This document shows positions 62,378 through 64,000 of a stretch of 64,000 bases of DNA, piece by piece. Made by a program: the position numbers and the translations under genes. The notes under the pieces are model-generated. The model was not told where the DNA came from. It saw only the letters and a list, made by a program, of their open reading frames with translations, and made no database searches. The stretch covers positions 27,623-91,622 of IMG/VR virus record IMGVR_UViG_3300028580_000125; one strand, written 5' to 3'. The stretch is from a virus (lineage: Duplodnaviria; Caudoviricetes). Each line of letters opens with the position of its first letter. Positions within the stretch are counted from its first letter, which is position 1.

Positions 62378-64000
62378 ATGGTACGCACAAAAGACGTTCT
62401 CAACTGTCTGCCCCTGCTGGCGTCCATCCTTGGCGACCGCTATGGGGTGCAGGTGCGTATCGGCGGCAAGGAAGCCTGCACCAACGGTAAGGTGATTCAT
62501 TTGCCCGCGTTGCCTATGGATTGTGAGCCTGAATTGCTGGCGCTGGCCAAAGGGTTCACAGACCATGAGGCTGCCCATATTCGGCACACAGATTTTAGTG
62601 TGCTAAAATCTGCAAACCTTGATCCTGTGACCTTCAACCTGTTTAACTGTCTTGAGGACTGGCGTGTTGAAAAGAAGCTGTCGGGTCTTTTCCCCGGCTG
62701 CCGGAAAAACCTGAACTGGCTCATACGACGATTCTTTGTAGAGCAAGCACTACCAAGGGCCAGGGATGATTCCCCGGCCCTTGCTGTTTTGGACTATGTG
62801 CTTCTGACTGTGCGGGCTTGGGATGTGGATGAGGTGACCCCGGCACGCCAAAACGCGGCAAGCATCATGGAGCAACATTTCCCCAGCTTGAAAGAAGCTC
62901 TGGATGCCATCTTGGTCAAGGCTTACATCCATTGTCCAGATACAAAGGCAGCAGTCGAATACGCTCGACAAATTGCCAAATGCATCAGGCAGTGGGAACG
63001 GCCTCGACAGGCTTCAACTAGCAAACGCGCGAGTACGAACGACCAGGGAACCACTCCTAGGGCTACAGGGGAGGCCAACGATTCTGCCACACAAATCAAC
63101 CAGCAATCTGAACCGGTCCAACCGTCGAGTGATTTACCACTCAAGGCCCTTTTCCATGCGGAGAGGCAGGATCTACCCCAGCAACTCGGCGAAATCATTG
63201 CGATTGAGCTTGCCAATAACAGCGCAGAATCCGCTGGTGACGCATTGACCGTGGCCGTGGAAGGCACCCGACATGCAACCCCCTTGCCAGCAGAGCAAAA
63301 GCTGCAAGCCCTTCAGGCCAGCATTGCGCTGCGTACACGCCTTCAGGGTTTCCTGCAGGCGCAAACGCAAAGGCGATGCAGCATTGGGCGCAAGGGCACA
63401 CTGCACGTCAATTCGCTACATCGTCTGCAGGTTGGCAATGCTCGTGTTTTCCAAAAAGAGTCTGTGCACCAAGGTCTTAACACGGCTGTCCATATCCTGC
63501 TGGACGTAAGCGGCAGCATGGCTGGCGCACCGATTAATCTTGCCAATCGGGCATGCTTTGCCGTGGCAACGGCGCTGAGCCATATCCGTGGCGTGAATTC
63601 AGCCGTGACGGCCTATCCAGCAGTTTCGGTGACCAATTCAGTATTCCCAATCATGCGGCATGGGCAGGCGATGCCAGATGTGTTCAACATTCAGGCTTCT
63701 GGCGGTACACCCCTGGCTGGAGCCTTGTGGTGGGTTTTGCAAACCATGCTGCCTCTCAAAGAGCAGCGCAAGATGATTTTAGTTATCACTGACGGCATGC
63801 CGGACAACCCGCTCGCTGCAAACAATGCCATAGGGGTGGCCCAAAAACTTGGCTTTGAAGTTTATGGCCTTGGCATTCGGGATGAACACATCACGTATCT
63901 GCTGCCGCACACCAGCAGAGTGGTCAACAGCTTGTCCGAGCTAGTGCCTGCCATGTTTACAATGCTGCAGGCCGCATTGCTCAAGGGTGGTTCGGTATGA
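62378..64000 (+). CDS. vWA-domain (CobT-like) protein with N-terminal HExxH metallopeptidase-like motif
   Basis: DHEAAHIRHT, LEDWRVE, MIDAS DVSGS, GGTP, VITDG. Confidence 0.8.
   Translation: MVRTKDVLNCLPLLASILGDRYGVQVRIGGKEACTNGKVIHLPALPMDCEPELLALAKGFTDHEAAHIRHTDFSVLKSANLDPVTFNLFNCLEDWRVEKKLSGLFPGCRKNLNWLIRRFFVEQALPRARDDSPALAVLDYVLLTVRAWDVDEVTPARQNAASIMEQHFPSLKEALDAILVKAYIHCPDTKAAVEYARQIAKCIRQWERPRQASTSKRASTNDQGTTPRATGEANDSATQINQQSEPVQPSSDLPLKALFHAERQDLPQQLGEIIAIELANNSAESAGDALTVAVEGTRHATPLPAEQKLQALQASIALRTRLQGFLQAQTQRRCSIGRKGTLHVNSLHRLQVGNARVFQKESVHQGLNTAVHILLDVSGSMAGAPINLANRACFAVATALSHIRGVNSAVTAYPAVSVTNSVFPIMRHGQAMPDVFNIQASGGTPLAGALWWVLQTMLPLKEQRKMILVITDGMPDNPLAANNAIGVAQKLGFEVYGLGIRDEHITYLLPHTSRVVNSLSELVPAMFTMLQAALLKGGSV

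Larger units (their letters stand above)
29857..64000. mobile_element. Composite genomic/defence island (satellite-like modules and ICE-like genes); right end outside the window
   Basis: No housekeeping genes; contains excisionase-like HTHs, replication helicases, ParB, IS remnants, R-M and defence genes, and an ERF/AAA/vWA operon. Confidence 0.65.

Noticed and set aside
59998-64000. Cobalamin biosynthesis cobS/cobT
   Set aside because: No cobN or other cob genes; the context is a mobile-element AAA/vWA pair.

Overview
The window has two parts. (1) Bases 1-29856 hold the right arm of an integrated podovirus-type prophage. It encodes the portal C-terminus, a scaffold-like protein, an N4-gp56-type major capsid protein, adaptors, tail fibres, ejection proteins and a 3647-aa DarB-like polyvalent protein. 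It ends at a 50-bp 3' fragment of a tRNA-Val(TAC) gene, the attachment site. The tail module carries a complete diversity-generating retroelement (DGR): a collagen-like fibre gene (6918-8810) with a 3' variable repeat (VR 8701-8803), a GATA-loop hairpin, avd, the template repeat (TR 10322-10424) and a reverse transcriptase. VR and TR differ at 10 of 103 positions, all TR adenines. DGRs are a known class. What is unusual here is three extra genes between the target and avd, and an RT translationally coupled to a tail-fibre-like ORF. The best candidate for something undescribed is an apparently real 109-aa gene with its own AAGGAGG ribosome-binding site, overprinted in the +1 frame inside the giant gene just before its methyltransferase domain. 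(2) Bases ~29857-64000 are an accessory/defence island. It has two satellite-like replication modules (AAA_25 helicase; DUF927 primase-helicase with iteron-like repeats and a ParB gene with a 28-bp palindrome), a PHP-ATPase (Ppl-type) gene behind IS1595 remnants, a decayed toxin-antitoxin pair, an SNF2-DUF4391-type III R-M operon, a triple zinc-finger protein and a DUF262/GmrSD-type nuclease. It ends with an ICE-like operon: ERF, Cas4-like nuclease, AAA-WGR, DUF3150 and vWA. The host may be a Desulfovibrio-like bacterium (weak inference). All family assignments come from recognising motifs by eye; no database searches were run.
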